From contig MCFE01000662.1 of assembly GCA_002104905.1 (NCBI GenBank), positions 1 through 48,803 on the forward strand: DNA of 48,803 nt. The letters run 5' to 3'. Below, in pieces: positions 23,871-35,699 of the stretch. This DNA is from Basidiobolus meristosporus CBS 931.73. Its lineage: Eukaryota; Fungi; Basidiobolomycota. The number at the start of each line of letters is the position of its first letter. Within the stretch, counting starts at the first letter, position 1. Below the pieces are notes generated by a model. The model was not told where the DNA came from, did not search any database, and saw only the letters and a list, made by a program, of their open reading frames with translations. The position numbers and the translations under genes were made by a program.

Positions 23871-25063
23871 GAATGGGTGCCTCTTGTTTAATAGGGCTAT
23901 ATATATATGTGCATGTGGTGCTACAACCATATCCACAATTCTTACATTTGCAGGTCATCATTGAGTCTTACATTCATGTAGTTGCAATGTCTCAAATACA
24001 AGGCTGTTGTATATTCACATGAGTATTGACCAAAAAGTGATATATTAGTATTACATTGCTGAAGGTCAAACTGTTTACCCCATGGACAAGACTACTTTAA
24101 CTTAATGCTGTAAGAGAAAAGAAAAAGCACCATGTGGCTATGGTAGCATGCATTTCAGTCATGAGGCATGCAGACAGTATAAGAAGTATTACAAGGATCA
24201 CAGCCAGTGTTTTACAAAACAATTCATATTTGACAATTCATCAATTGATAGTGTGTTAGCTGACACCTTGTCTATTCACTAAGATCAGGTATTTACTTGC
24301 TCAATTGCAAAATTAGATAGTAGACTTGTTCCATTGTACCGTGCCAGGGTGCGCGGCGCGATCCGCAGTTGCAAAGAATGATCGGGCGCAATATCATAGC
24401 TACCAGAAGGCAGGATCGTTCTTGGACAATTTTGCACTATGCGGGACGATCTGGCACACTATGGCACAATCTGACACGATGAGGTTGACACGGATGATTG
24501 CGCCAACTTGTAATGTTTGCATCACGTGCGCGATCGGATACCGCTATAATGGCAGGTAAAATCCGGTATTTGGATATGTTTCTTTAATGTAAATGGAAAT
24601 AAATGTGTATCACACTATAAACTACACTGATACTTACCATTTTGGTTACCCTCACTCCAATTGGACAGTATCTCAGTGGTTAATTGGTCCAAAAGTATCC
24701 TGAAGCTGGCAGCCCCAATTGGTTCATTGACTACTGAAAAAGCTACCTGATTTGCCATCAAATATCCCATTTTGCCCATTGAGCAAGTAAATCCCTGATC
24801 CTAGTGATTGGGCTAGGTGTCAATGCTAGCACGCAAGCAATTGTGTAGGTGCAAAACAGATCCAATTGCTGCACTGGTATTACAGATGACGTATATATAT
24901 GCAGGGTGTTTATTTATAGGGGTTCTGTCTCAAATGTGAGACGACCTTGATATTACTTATATCAAAAATTAGATGATCACTGATTTGCGATGGCTCGATT
25001 TGGATCGCAAAAAAAAAGGGTTGTTGGGATCATTACAAATGTGAGCGATTCAAAGCAATCGCA

Positions 25064-27394
25064 TCATCTTCTCCTGGGTTTTTTTCTCACAGGGATTACT
25101 ACTGAAGCATTTGGTAGTGACTCACTTTGCACACCTATACTACTTCCTGGCTGACTATCATCTTGGCTACTTGTGTATTTGTAGTCAGTATTTTGCCTCC
25201 TAGTTGATGAGTGCAATGCTGCAGCTTGGCCTTGCTGAATTGCTCCAACTGAACCAACTGAACCGGCCTGTAGTGCCACGTGCTGACGCGTTCTTTTACT
25301 TGCCAAGGGCTCTGGTGGTTGAGGCACTTCATGTTGGTCATCATCAGTCAGTTCACCAGAAGTAACTCGCTGATGGTTGGGCAAAATGGCATGCACAGGC
25401 GCGCCTTGACGCGTTGAGATGGCCCTTGGCTGAGTTTGATGTGATGCCGCATGTTGACGCGACTCGGTCCGCTCCAATGGACTTGTGTCTAAATGAGCAG
25501 TTTGGCAAGTTCTTGTAGTTTTGCTCTGAAGCGCACGCGTTGACCCAACGTGCATCGACTCAACGCGGGGCGTTCTGGTAAAGGGTGTTGGCGTGGTCTG
25601 GACTGACGTGCGCCGGCGCGCTGTGGTTGCAAGAGATGGTAGGGAATCCAGCGAGGTGTGCTGGCGCAATCTGGACGATGTTGCTTGCGGTCTGTATTCT
25701 TCCTCCTGAAGCTCACCATCTGATTCCTCAAGGTATTCACTTACCCTCTGTCTGATACTTTGGAGCTGTTGCCTGGATGAGTCCTGTGTATATTGCTCTT
25801 GGAAGCCACTTAGCTCTACTAATATATCACGTAGTACATTAGTCATTTGAGGCAAAAACTCATTCAAAATCTCTTTGGTTCCCAAAGTTGAGGCACAAAC
25901 GGACGCGTCCGGCCCGTTGTAGTGGGGTCACAGTGACACCCACAGGCAGATGTGCTCATTCTTATGCATTCACTTCCCTAAAAAGGATTACCCCGCCTAT
26001 ATTATTATCATCCCAAATTTGCAATATTTCCTATTTTTGTCTATGTGATTATTACTATGCAACCTGACAAACTATTTGTCCCTATTAACCCATTGCACAA
26101 GCTATTCTTATTCCTTGCCGAGATGCCAAGATAAGATATTTACCTTATAAGGCAAGTACCCCAACAGTGCCCATGTCACGTGACCATCTTGGTTTCATAA
26201 TCCCCCCATCTCACTACCATAAGAGGCAACCACATGACAGAGAGGTTTCATGTTACCACTACCTGATTGGCTAGGTGCTACTATGTCTCATGGAACAATC
26301 CGCCAAGAATTTGCGCTATTTTTAGTACACAAAGACATGATTGGTTGTCTACTACCTTCTGGAAACTTCCGGAAAGTATTTTCTAGCAAGAAATTGAGCA
26401 GCAAAAAAGTATATAAGGGAGGCTATCCCTTAAAATAAATCATCCCTCTTCCAATATTCCGACTTATTGATTAGTGAGATCACCGCTACCTATTACCACT
26501 ATTTTCTGACTCAGATCTGACAACACTCCCAGGAATCCGCGCTGACAGCCAACTGACCTTGGAGGCACTACTTGTGAGGAATACTCAGAGTAGGTATATT
26601 TTATTATATTTGTTTGTTTTCCCAAGTTTGTTCTTGTACAGGCAAAGATACTTTTCAGTCTTTGTAACTATTGGTCAAAGCTGCATTCTTATCAAGTCCC
26701 TGTTGGTGGAGTTTACAGTTGTTTTGACTTTGGAAGCTTTAGTACATTGTCATCTCAAAGGACGTTGAAGCCATTATAAACTTTTGTTAAGACGCCAACT
26801 AAGTTGGGGATTGTAGTTCAATAGTTTTCCCTTGACAAGCTTGAGGCTTTATCCCCCATCACTTAGATTAGATAAAAGACCCAGTATTCCTAGCAAGCTT
26901 TTGCCAGAGGTTATCGCACCCAGTGAACACCCCACACACATTCACACTTGAGAAGTGTTGGCTGTATTTTGCCCTTTGGACTTATACACCACCACACCGT
27001 ACTGTGAAAATTGCGCGCAAAATTGTTCCCACGCGGCTTCTTTGTCAAATCCCCTCACTCTCAGCTCATTCTTGATTTCAATACTTGTCTTGTTATATAT
27101 CTTTTTACATACATTGGCTGGCATCTTAATGTAGAACTCATGCCACAGCTTTCTACTCAAATTCTTCCATCTTTGTCAACTCTCTGAGGTATCTAGTTCT
27201 GCTAGATTAATCAGTAGTGCCCAAATATCTGTATGAAGGCTCATCATAGACACTTGGGCCATACTAAAATCATTTGGCAAGAACTCAAATGGATCCGACA
27301 TTGGCTTTTCCGGTCTGGACCGCGCTTGTGAGCTGGGGGATGGGTTTTGTCTGGGTTGTACTAAAGATGAGTTGAGGCTTGGTATGGGGACCAT
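25064..27394 (-). pseudogene. PHIS ORF2 (about 415 aa when reconstructed, unknown function), with a TGA at 27176 and a solo-LTR insertion
   Basis: Removing 25918-27000 gives 1248 nt in one frame; collinear with copy 2; ends in basic RKKPRRR. Confidence 0.8.
25918..26996 (+). mobile_element. Family C solo LTR C1 (1079 bp), 4-bp TSD CCGT
   Basis: TGTAGTGG...CCACCACA; CCGT at 25914-25917 and 26997-27000; empty site GGCCCGTACTG seen in copy 2 near 33600; TATATAA at 26410. Confidence 0.93.
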
Positions 27395-27753
27395 AGCAAC
27401 AGATTTGGATACTTATACAGCAGTATATTGGCATCAACCTGGTCTTATATGAAATATATATGAAAACTAAAGTGATTGTTGAATTTTCCATATATTATGC
27501 ATGATGCATCTTGGATTGCATTGACACGGATCAGATCACATCAATCGCAGATTTCCTATTTGATTATAGACCTATGATTAAAGCATCAATAAAAGTACCA
27601 AGGCATTGTTTGCGGATGATTTTTGCGACATAATGATGGGATACATGGCAATTGATGGAGATTTAACCATAATGTGTTAAAAATCAGATAAATAATGCAG
27701 ATTGCGCCAAATCAATTCAAACCGCCTCCATACAATCATCCATCAATTTTAAT

Positions 27754-28638
27754 ATGACTTACTCATCTGAATGGTCTTTTCTCATCAATCCCATCACTAC
27801 CACTGGATTTCCTTTTGACACACTGGAGGAGATCTATACCAAGTACTGTGGACCATCAACCCCAATCTACTCAAGGAGATCCCTTGTTAAGCTTCTCTGC
27901 TATTACAAGAACTATTGCCCTACAAGGTTTCATCCCACCATCCATGGCAACAAAAGTCCTAGAAGCTTTCATTCCCAGCTGACAGCAATGGAGGACCACC
28001 TTGCAGAGGGTATGAATGACTTAGAGCAAGCTTGGAATACTAGGTTCAGAAGCTCCAATAGACTTCCATATCCCAGAGTGTTCAGCAACAGGTTCCATAT
28101 CAGGAGTATTTTGGATACCTTCCCAGTGAGGATTAACAGACCTTCTAGAGGGCAGAGGCACTTTTATTCTGGCAAGTACAAGGCACACTGTGTGAAGTTT
28201 CAAGCACTGTCTGACATTGAGGGTAACATCATCTGGTTTAGTGGGCCATTTGCTGGAAGTAGGCATGACAAAGCACTCTGGGTAGATAATCATCCTGAAT
28301 TCAGTAGAGGGAAGAAATGTATGGCAGACTTAGCCTATATAGGAGAGGATTGTCAGAGATTAGGATGTATTACAGCTTATAGGAAGCCAAGGAATGGTGT
28401 GCTTAGCAGGAAGCAGAAGCTCTACAATGAGATATTTAATCATTTCAGAGTGAGGGTAGAGCACACATTTGGATATCTGAAGAGATTCAGCATATTGGCA
28501 GGTAAATACAGAGGAAAGTCATATATAGGTGAAAACAGCAGGATAGGTAAAATAGTTAAGATACTTATTAATGCACAGTATGTTCATACAAGAAGACATC
28601 CACTGAGAGAAATGTGTTTGGAGCATTATGAAGAGTAA
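27754..28638 (+). CDS. DDE_Tnp_4 (IS5/PIF-Harbinger-like) transposase, 294 aa
   Basis: ILDTF...FYSGK...VKFQ...GSRHD...MADLAYIG...RVRVEHTFGYLKRF: the D-D-E triad and motifs of this family; intact frame. Confidence 0.92.
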   Translation: MTYSSEWSFLINPITTTGFPFDTLEEIYTKYCGPSTPIYSRRSLVKLLCYYKNYCPTRFHPTIHGNKSPRSFHSQLTAMEDHLAEGMNDLEQAWNTRFRSSNRLPYPRVFSNRFHIRSILDTFPVRINRPSRGQRHFYSGKYKAHCVKFQALSDIEGNIIWFSGPFAGSRHDKALWVDNHPEFSRGKKCMADLAYIGEDCQRLGCITAYRKPRNGVLSRKQKLYNEIFNHFRVRVEHTFGYLKRFSILAGKYRGKSYIGENSRIGKIVKILINAQYVHTRRHPLREMCLEHYEE

Positions 28639-28734
28639 ATAAAGCAAGGAAAGCACTATTCTGAGCAACATAAGTAAGATTGAGTGTAAATTACCAGTAA
28701 CTGTATCATACCACTGGCATCATGGTAGAAATTA

Positions 28735-28806
28735 TAGTGCCAGATAGTGCTGTAGAGTGCCAGATCAATCCGGCACTATAAACAGGCTGGCACTAAGTGG
28801 CACTAT
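28735..28806. repeat. PHIS right subterminal motif array (AGTGC(C) x3 then GGCACTA x3)
   Basis: TAGTGCCAGATAGTGCTGTAGAGTGCCAG...GGCACTA...GGCACTA..GGCACTA; also present in copy 2 (~35338-35409) and copy 3. Confidence 0.8.
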
Positions 28807-29267
28807 CCAACGGAACAAGTCTATTTAATGGTAAATGTGATAGCTTTTGTATTGGTCAATAGGCCAGCTGAGGACTGTCAGCTTCAGGATACTCTTAGAC
28901 CAGTCAACTAATGACATACCGTCAAATTGGAGTGATGGTAGCAAATATTGAAAGTATAAGTGGAATTTGTAGTGTAATATGCATTTATTTCCATTTACAG
29001 TATAGAAAAATATCCAAATACCAGATTTCATGTAAAACCATAGTGGCATCCAATTGCACACATGGTATAAGTACTAGAAGTAGGCGCAATCATCTATGCC
29101 AACCTCATTGTGTCAGCCTGTACCATAGTGTGCAAGATTGTCCCACATGGTGCAAACCGTCCAAGAGCAATCTTGACTACTGGTAGCTGTAATATTACAC
29201 CCAATTGCTCTTAAAGATATGGCATTGTGCTGCACACCCTGGAAGAGTACAATGGAACAAGTCTAAT

Positions 29268-30750
29268 GGCTTATAACTTGCCAACATCAATTGCCATGTA
29301 TCCCATCATTATGATACAAATACTATCCTCAGACATTGACATACTGACTTAATGGATGAGTTATTCTTAGGTCTGTAATCAAATATAAAAATTGGAACTG
29401 ATGTGATCTGATCCATGACAATGGAATCCAAGATGTTTTGTACAAAATCTATGGAAAATTTGACATTCACCTTAGTTCTCATATGTCAGTCTTACAAGAA
29501 CAGCTTAATACCATTATAGTACTGAATAAGTATACAAATCCATCACTGTGGTCCCTGTACCAGGTTTCAGCTCATCATAAGAGCAACTTAAATAAAATCT
29601 ATCTCCCAGGTTAGAAGCACAGTTCAGACCAGCAAAGTCAATCTTGTATACGTTGAAGCCCTTCCCAAATGCTTTAGTTAGGCTCAAGTGTACATGATGA
29701 GCCTTCATGCTGATAATTGGGCACTACTCATCAATCTAGCCAAGCTGGATATCTCAGAGAGTCAACAGTAATCACAATATCTGAGTAGAATGCTGTGGAT
29801 GGAGTTCTTCATCAAGATGTCAGCAGATATTTGCACAAAGATATAAAGCAAGACTAGTATTGAAACCAAGAATCAGCTGAGATTGACTGACTTGAATAAG
29901 AAAGCTGCATGCAAGTAATTTCATACATATTTTACACATAAAGAACCAGATGCATCCATTGGTGCTTGAACTAGGAACCAAGGAGCTTCAGAAAGACTCC
30001 TTGGCTCAGAGAACCAATGTACTGCTTGATCTATTAATAGAGTAAAGCAGCCTCTGACAGTAATATACACAGGACTCATCCAGGCTACAGTTCAAATGTA
30101 TCAGACAGAGGGTAGGTGGATACTTTCAGGAATCAGTAGGTGAGCTTCACAAGGAGGAATGCAGACCACCAACAACTGCATCAAGATTACTTTAGTATGC
30201 TTTCTGGGATTCCTTACCAAGCTTTGTATGCCAGGATACCAGCATCTTCAGGTTCAATCTACACCAACATCCTTAACCAGAGCACTATGCACCAAGTCAA
30301 TGTGGATTTTGCCAACATGTGCAGTACAGCAGAAACTTCCAGAACTTGCCAAACTGTGCAATTATGTCAACAAGTCATATAATGCCTGCACATGTTTCCA
30401 CTCCTGACCAACTTCAAATCAATTTTGAGAACCAACCAACAACAATATACTGGAAGTACCACACTGCAGGAACCTTTAGCAGGTAAAGATATGTGTCAGC
30501 ATGTGGTACTTCTGGCTAGTTCTGTAGCAATATCTTAGCTCAGTTTGGCCAAGCTACAGTATTGAATTTGTTAATCAGAAGTCATCATAGTTACTACAAG
30601 AACTCAGATAGCCAAGATGATTGTCCACAAGGAAGTGGCTTATATGTGAAACATATTTATTACCATATGCCCCAGAAGTAATCCCTGTGTAAAAAAAACT
30701 AGAAGATGATATAATCATCATAAATTACATTTGTTTGCTTGGTTCACACA
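29268..30750 (-). mobile_element. Old inverted PHIS remnant (intergenic region and ORF2, ORF2 on the + strand)
   Basis: Reverse-complement homolog of ~34270-32720 (ATCAATTGCCATGTATCCCATCATTATG; GGGCACTACT.AT.AATCTAGC; AGTAATCCCTGTG.AAAAAAA). Confidence 0.75.
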
Positions 30751-32735
30751 AAAGTAATATGTAGCAATCCTAACAGTACCATCCAACTGCAAAGAATTTT
30801 TATGCAAGTAACATTGTTACAAGTTTTGGTGCAAGAGTTGTAGAGGAATAGGGAGTTTAGCTAGTATTGTATTCACTAAAACTTGAACTGATCTTTATTG
30901 AGGTTCCAGCAGCTCCTTAAATACATTTTGCCAGATCAATTGCTGACTAGTTATACTTCCTAATGTAGGCTGTGGCAGATGACTCATTTGATTGCATCAT
31001 CATCACCCAAAAAAATCCTACTTAATATGTCTATTTCTGTCTGATAACAATCTGCTGATTCATTTGCTGACTAATGCTACTGATCTGATAGATAATACTG
31101 ATATACAGATAAGCTAAACATATAACTAATTGATTTGACTAAAAACTGATCTAATTTAAACATTCAAGCAGTGTGGTGGGGTCACAGTGACACCCACTGA
31201 CAGATGTGCTTGTTCCCATATTTTCTACTTCCCTATATCTCTACTAAACTTATTTTAGTTTTATCCCATTTGTCTCATCTGATCTGTACTATACCATAAA
31301 ATGGTTGACTATCACACTTGCTTACCTTATTGCATAAGTTATCCCTCACTCTATGTAGATTACTAGTTGTAAGTGCTTCTATATTGAGCAAGTACCCATG
31401 CCAGTGCCCATGACACACAATCAACCCGTTTCACCATCCCTACCATTTTCATACCATATATGGTATCCCTATGTACATAGGCTTCATGGTTCTGATTCCT
31501 AATTGGTTGGATGCGCTGTGCCTCTTAGAACCTTCCAGCACCTACTTAGAACACTCTTAGCTCATTCTGATGTCATTAAGATTTCTATTGATCTCCAGAA
31601 CCTTCTGGAACACCATGCTTTGTAACAACTTGGCCAGTGAGAAAAGTATATAAGGGAGGCTATCCCTCATCAATAAATCATTATCCCTTTGATCAATATA
31701 CCAACTTGTTGATTAGTGTGATCACTGCTACCTGCTGCTACCTGAACTTGCAACCCCAGATCACAGGACACTCCCAGGAAACCATGCTGAAAGCCAACTG
31801 CCCTTGGAGGCACTGCTTGTGAGGAATACTCAGAGTAGGTATCTTTTATTATATTTGATTCTTACCCAATTTGTTCTTGTACAGGCAAAGATTCTTTTCT
31901 GTCTTTGTAACTTTTGACCAATGCTGCATTCTTATCAAGTCCCTGCTGGTGGAGTTTACAATTGTTTTGACTTTGGAAGCTTTAGCACATTAGACTTGTT
32001 CCATTGTACTGTGCCAGGGCGCGCGGCGCGATCCGCAGTTGCAAAGAACAATTGGGCGCGATATTATAGCTACCAGAAGGCAGGATTGTTCTTGGACAAT
32101 TTCGCACTATGTGGGACAATCTTGCACACTATGGCACAATCTGACACAATGAGGTTGGCGCGGATGATTGCGCCAACTCGTAATGTTTGCATCACGTGCG
32201 CAATTGGATACCGCTATAATGGCAGGTAAAATCCGGTATTTGGATATGTTTCTTTAATGTAAATGGGAATAAATGTGTATCACACTATAAACTACACTGA
32301 TACTTACCATTTTGGTTACCCCCACTCCAATTGGACGGTATCTCAGTGGTTAATTGGTCCAAAAGTATCCTGAAACTGGCAGCCCCCAATTGGCTCATTG
32401 ACTACTGAAAAAGCTACCTGATTTGCCATTAAATATCCCATTTTGCCCATTGAGCAAGTAAATCCCTGATCCTAGTGATTGGACAAGGTGTCATAGCTAG
32501 CATGCAAGCAATTGTGTAGGTGCAAAACAGATCCAATAGCTGCACTGGTAGTACAGATGATGTATATATATGCAGGGTGTTTATTTATAGGGGTTCTGTC
32601 TCAAATGTGAGACAACCTTGATATTACTTATATATCAAAAATTTGATGATCACTGATTTGCTGTAGCTCAATTTGGATCGCAAAAAAAAGGGTTGTCAGG
32701 GTCATTACAAATGTGAGCAATTCAAAGCAATTGCA

Positions 32736-33997
32736 TCATCTTCTCCTGGGTTTTTTTCTCACAGGGATTACTACTGAAGCATTTGGTAGTGACTCACTTT
32801 GCACACCTATACTACTTCCTGGCTGACTATCATCTTGGCTACTTGTGTATTTGTAGTCAGTATTTTGCCTCCTAGTTGATGAGTGCAATGCTGCAGCTTG
32901 GCCGCGCTGAATTGCTCCAACTGAACCAACTGAACCGGCCTGTAGTGCCACACGCTGACGTGTTCTTTTACTTGCCAAGGGCTCCGGTGGTTGAGGCACT
33001 TCATGTTGGTCATCATCAGTCAGTTCACCAGAAGTAGCTCGCTGATGGTCAGGCAAGATGGCACGCGCAGGCGTGCCTTGACGCATTGAGATGGCCCTTG
33101 GCTGAGTTCAATGAGATGCCGCATGTTGACCCAACTCAGTCCGCTCCAATGGACTCGTGTCTAAATGAGCAGTTTGGCGAGTTCTCGTAGTTTTGCTCTG
33201 AAGTGCGCGCGTTGACCGACGCGGGTTGACTCAATGCGCGTTGACTTGACGCGGGGCGTTCTGGTAAAGGGTGTTGGCGTACTCTGGACTGACGTGTGCC
33301 GGCGTGCTGTGGTTGCAAGAGATGGTAGGGAATCCAGCAAGGGGTGCTGGCGCAATCTGGACGATGTTGCTTGCGGTCTGTATTATTCCTCCTGAAGCTC
33401 ACCATCTGATTCCTCAAGGTATTCACTTACCCTCTGTCTGATACTTTGGAGCTGCTGCCTGGATGAGTCCTGTGTATATTGCTCTCGGAAGCCACTTAGC
33501 TCTACTAATATATCACGTAGTACATTAGTCATTTGAGGCAAAAACTCATTCAAAATCTCTTTGGTTCCCAAAGTTGAGGCACAAACGGACGTGTCCGGCC
33601 CGTACTGTGCAAATTGCGTGCAAAATTGTTCCCGCGCGGCTTCTTTGTCAAATCCCCTCACTCTCAGCTCATTCTTGATTTCAATACTTGTCTTGTTATA
33701 TATTTTTTTACATACATTGGCTGGCATCTTGATGTAGAACTCATGCCACAGCTTTCTACTCAAATTCTCCCATCTTTGTTGACTCTCTGAGGTATCTAGC
33801 TCCGCTAGATTAATCAGTAGTGCCCAAATATCTGTATGAAGGCTCATCATAGACACTTGGGCCATACTAAAATCATTTGGCAAGAACTCAAATGGATCCG
33901 ACATCAACTTTTCCGGTCTGGACCGCACTTGTGAGCTGGGGGATGGGTTTTGTCTGGGTTGTACTAAAGATGAGTTGAGGCTTGGTATGGGGACCAT
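32736..33997 (-). pseudogene. PHIS ORF2 copy 2 (premature TAA at 33383 and a net 1-nt frameshift near 33220)
   Basis: ORF track 33383-33997 and 32736-33086, collinear with copy 1. Confidence 0.82.
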
Positions 33998-34356
33998 AGC
34001 AACAGATTTGGATACTTATACAGCAGTATATTGGCATCAACCTGGTCTTATATGAAATATATATGAAAACTAAAGTGATTGTTGAATTTTCCATATATTA
34101 TGCATGATGCATCTTGGATTGCGTTGACATGGATCAGATCACATCAATCGCAGATTTCCTATTTGATTATAGACCTATGCTTAAAGCATCAATAAAAGTA
34201 CCAAGGCATTGTTTGCGGATGATTTTTGCGACATAATGATGGGATACATGGCAATTGATGGAGATTTAACCAAAATGTGTTAAAAATCAGATAAATAACG
34301 CGGATTGCGCTGAATCAATTCAAACCGCCTCCATACAATCATCCATCAATTTTAAT

Positions 34357-35241
34357 ATGACTTACTCATCTGAATGGTCTTTTCTCATCAATCCCATCAC
34401 TACCACTGGATTTCCTTTTGACACACTGGAGGAGATCTATACCAAGTACTGTGGACCATCAACCCCAATCTACTCAAGGAGATCCCTTGTTAAGCTTCTC
34501 TGCTATTACAAGAACTATTGCCCTACAAGGTTTCATCCCACCATCCATGGCAACAAAAGTCCTAGAAGCTTTCATTCCCAGCTGACAGCAATGGAGAACC
34601 ACCTTGCAGAGGGTATGAATGACTTAGAGCAAGCTTGGAATACTAGGTTCAGAAGCTCCAATAGACTTCCATATCCCAGAGTGTTCAGCAACTGGTTCCA
34701 TATCAGGAGTATTTTGGATACCTTCCCAGTGAGGATTAACACACCTTCTAGAGGGCAGAGGCACTTTTATTCTGGCAAGTACAAGGCACACTGTGTGAAG
34801 TTTCAAGCACTGTCTGACATTGAGGGTAACATCATCTGGTTTAGTGGGCCATTTGCTGGAAGTAGGTATGACAAAGCACTCTGGGTAGAGAATCATCCTG
34901 AATTCAGTAGAGGGGAGAAATGTATGGCAGACTTAGCCTATATAGGAGAGGATTGTCAGAGATTAGGATGTATTACAGCTTATAGGAAGCCAAGGAATGG
35001 TGTGCTTAGCAGGAAGCAGAAGCTCTACAATGAGATATTTAATCATTTCAGAGTGAGGGTAGAGCACACATTTGGATATCTGAAGAGATTCAGCATATTG
35101 GCAGGTAAATACAGAGGAAAGTCATATATAGGTGAAAACAGCAGGATAGGTAAAATAGTTAAGATACTTATTAATGCACAGTATGTTCATACAAGAAGAC
35201 ATCCACTGAGAGAAATGTGTTTGGAGCATTATGAAGAGTAA
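34357..35241 (+). CDS. DDE_Tnp_4 transposase copy 2, 294 aa
   Basis: Same motifs as 27754-28638 with six substitutions, including HD>YD. Confidence 0.92.
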   Translation: MTYSSEWSFLINPITTTGFPFDTLEEIYTKYCGPSTPIYSRRSLVKLLCYYKNYCPTRFHPTIHGNKSPRSFHSQLTAMENHLAEGMNDLEQAWNTRFRSSNRLPYPRVFSNWFHIRSILDTFPVRINTPSRGQRHFYSGKYKAHCVKFQALSDIEGNIIWFSGPFAGSRYDKALWVENHPEFSRGEKCMADLAYIGEDCQRLGCITAYRKPRNGVLSRKQKLYNEIFNHFRVRVEHTFGYLKRFSILAGKYRGKSYIGENSRIGKIVKILINAQYVHTRRHPLREMCLEHYEE

Positions 35242-35699
35242 ATAAAGCAAGGAAAGCACTATTCTGAGCAACATAAGTAAGATTGAGTGTAAATTACCAG
35301 TAACTGTATCATACCACTGGCATCATGGTAGAAATTATAGTGCCAGATAGTGCCGTAGGGTGCCAGATCAATCCGGCACTATAAACAGGCTGGCACTATG
35401 TGGCACTATCCAACGGAACAAATCTATTGTCATCTAAAAGGACACTGAACCCAGCACATACTTTTGTTAAGATGCCAACTAAGATGGGGATTATAGCTCA
35501 ATAGTTTTCCCTTGAAAGCTTGTGGCTTCATTCCCCATCATATTAAATTAGAGACAGAACCCAAGTATTCCTAGCAAGCTTTTGCCTGAGGTTATTGCAC
35601 CCAGTGAACACCCCACACAAAAAACCCTTGAGAAGTGTTGAACATATCTCTCTCTTGGACTTATACACCACCACAGCAAAAGATCATAACATTCTCCAC

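Larger units (their letters stand above)
24322..28822 (+). mobile_element. PIF/Harbinger-superfamily (PHIS) two-gene DNA transposon, copy 1
   Basis: TIRs AGACTTGTTCCATTG / CAACGGAACAAGTCT; flanks AGT/ATT; collinear with 31992-35425. Confidence 0.92.
24240..29264 (-). mobile_element. Old inverted left-end fragment of the Harbinger-like family (~24240-24321 + 28823-29264), host of copy 1
   Basis: 28823-29264 is the CpG-eroded reverse complement of 24322-24760, ending CAATGGAACAAGTCT then AAT; 24270-24321 continues the same alignment. Confidence 0.75.
31992..35425 (+). mobile_element. PHIS element copy 2 (3434 bp, uninterrupted), 3-bp TSD ATT
   Basis: TIRs AGACTTGTTCCATTG / CAACGGAACAAATCT; ATT at 31989-31991 and 35426-35428; empty site ACATTGTCATC present in C1 and C3. 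Confidence 0.95.
31172..35675 (+). mobile_element. Family C solo LTR C2 (31172-31991 + 35429-35675), inserted in the A3 LTR; degenerate TSD GCAG/GCAA (consensus site GCGG)
   Basis: TGTGGTGG...CCACCACA; homology to C1/C3 resumes after PHIS copy 2. Confidence 0.88.

Noticed and set aside
24326-24559. 77-aa ORF starting FHCTVPGC, resembling a THAP zinc-finger start; repeated at 31921-32229
   Set aside because: It starts at a TTG inside the TIR, lacks the downstream THAP Pro/Trp/Phe and C-x2-H pattern, and its conservation is explained by the copies' recent common origin.
24320-28824. TA target duplication for the PHIS element (TA-GACTTG...AAGTC-TA)
   Set aside because: The empty site for copy 2 (ACATTGTCATC in C1/C3) is restored only with AGACT termini and a 3-bp ATT duplication.
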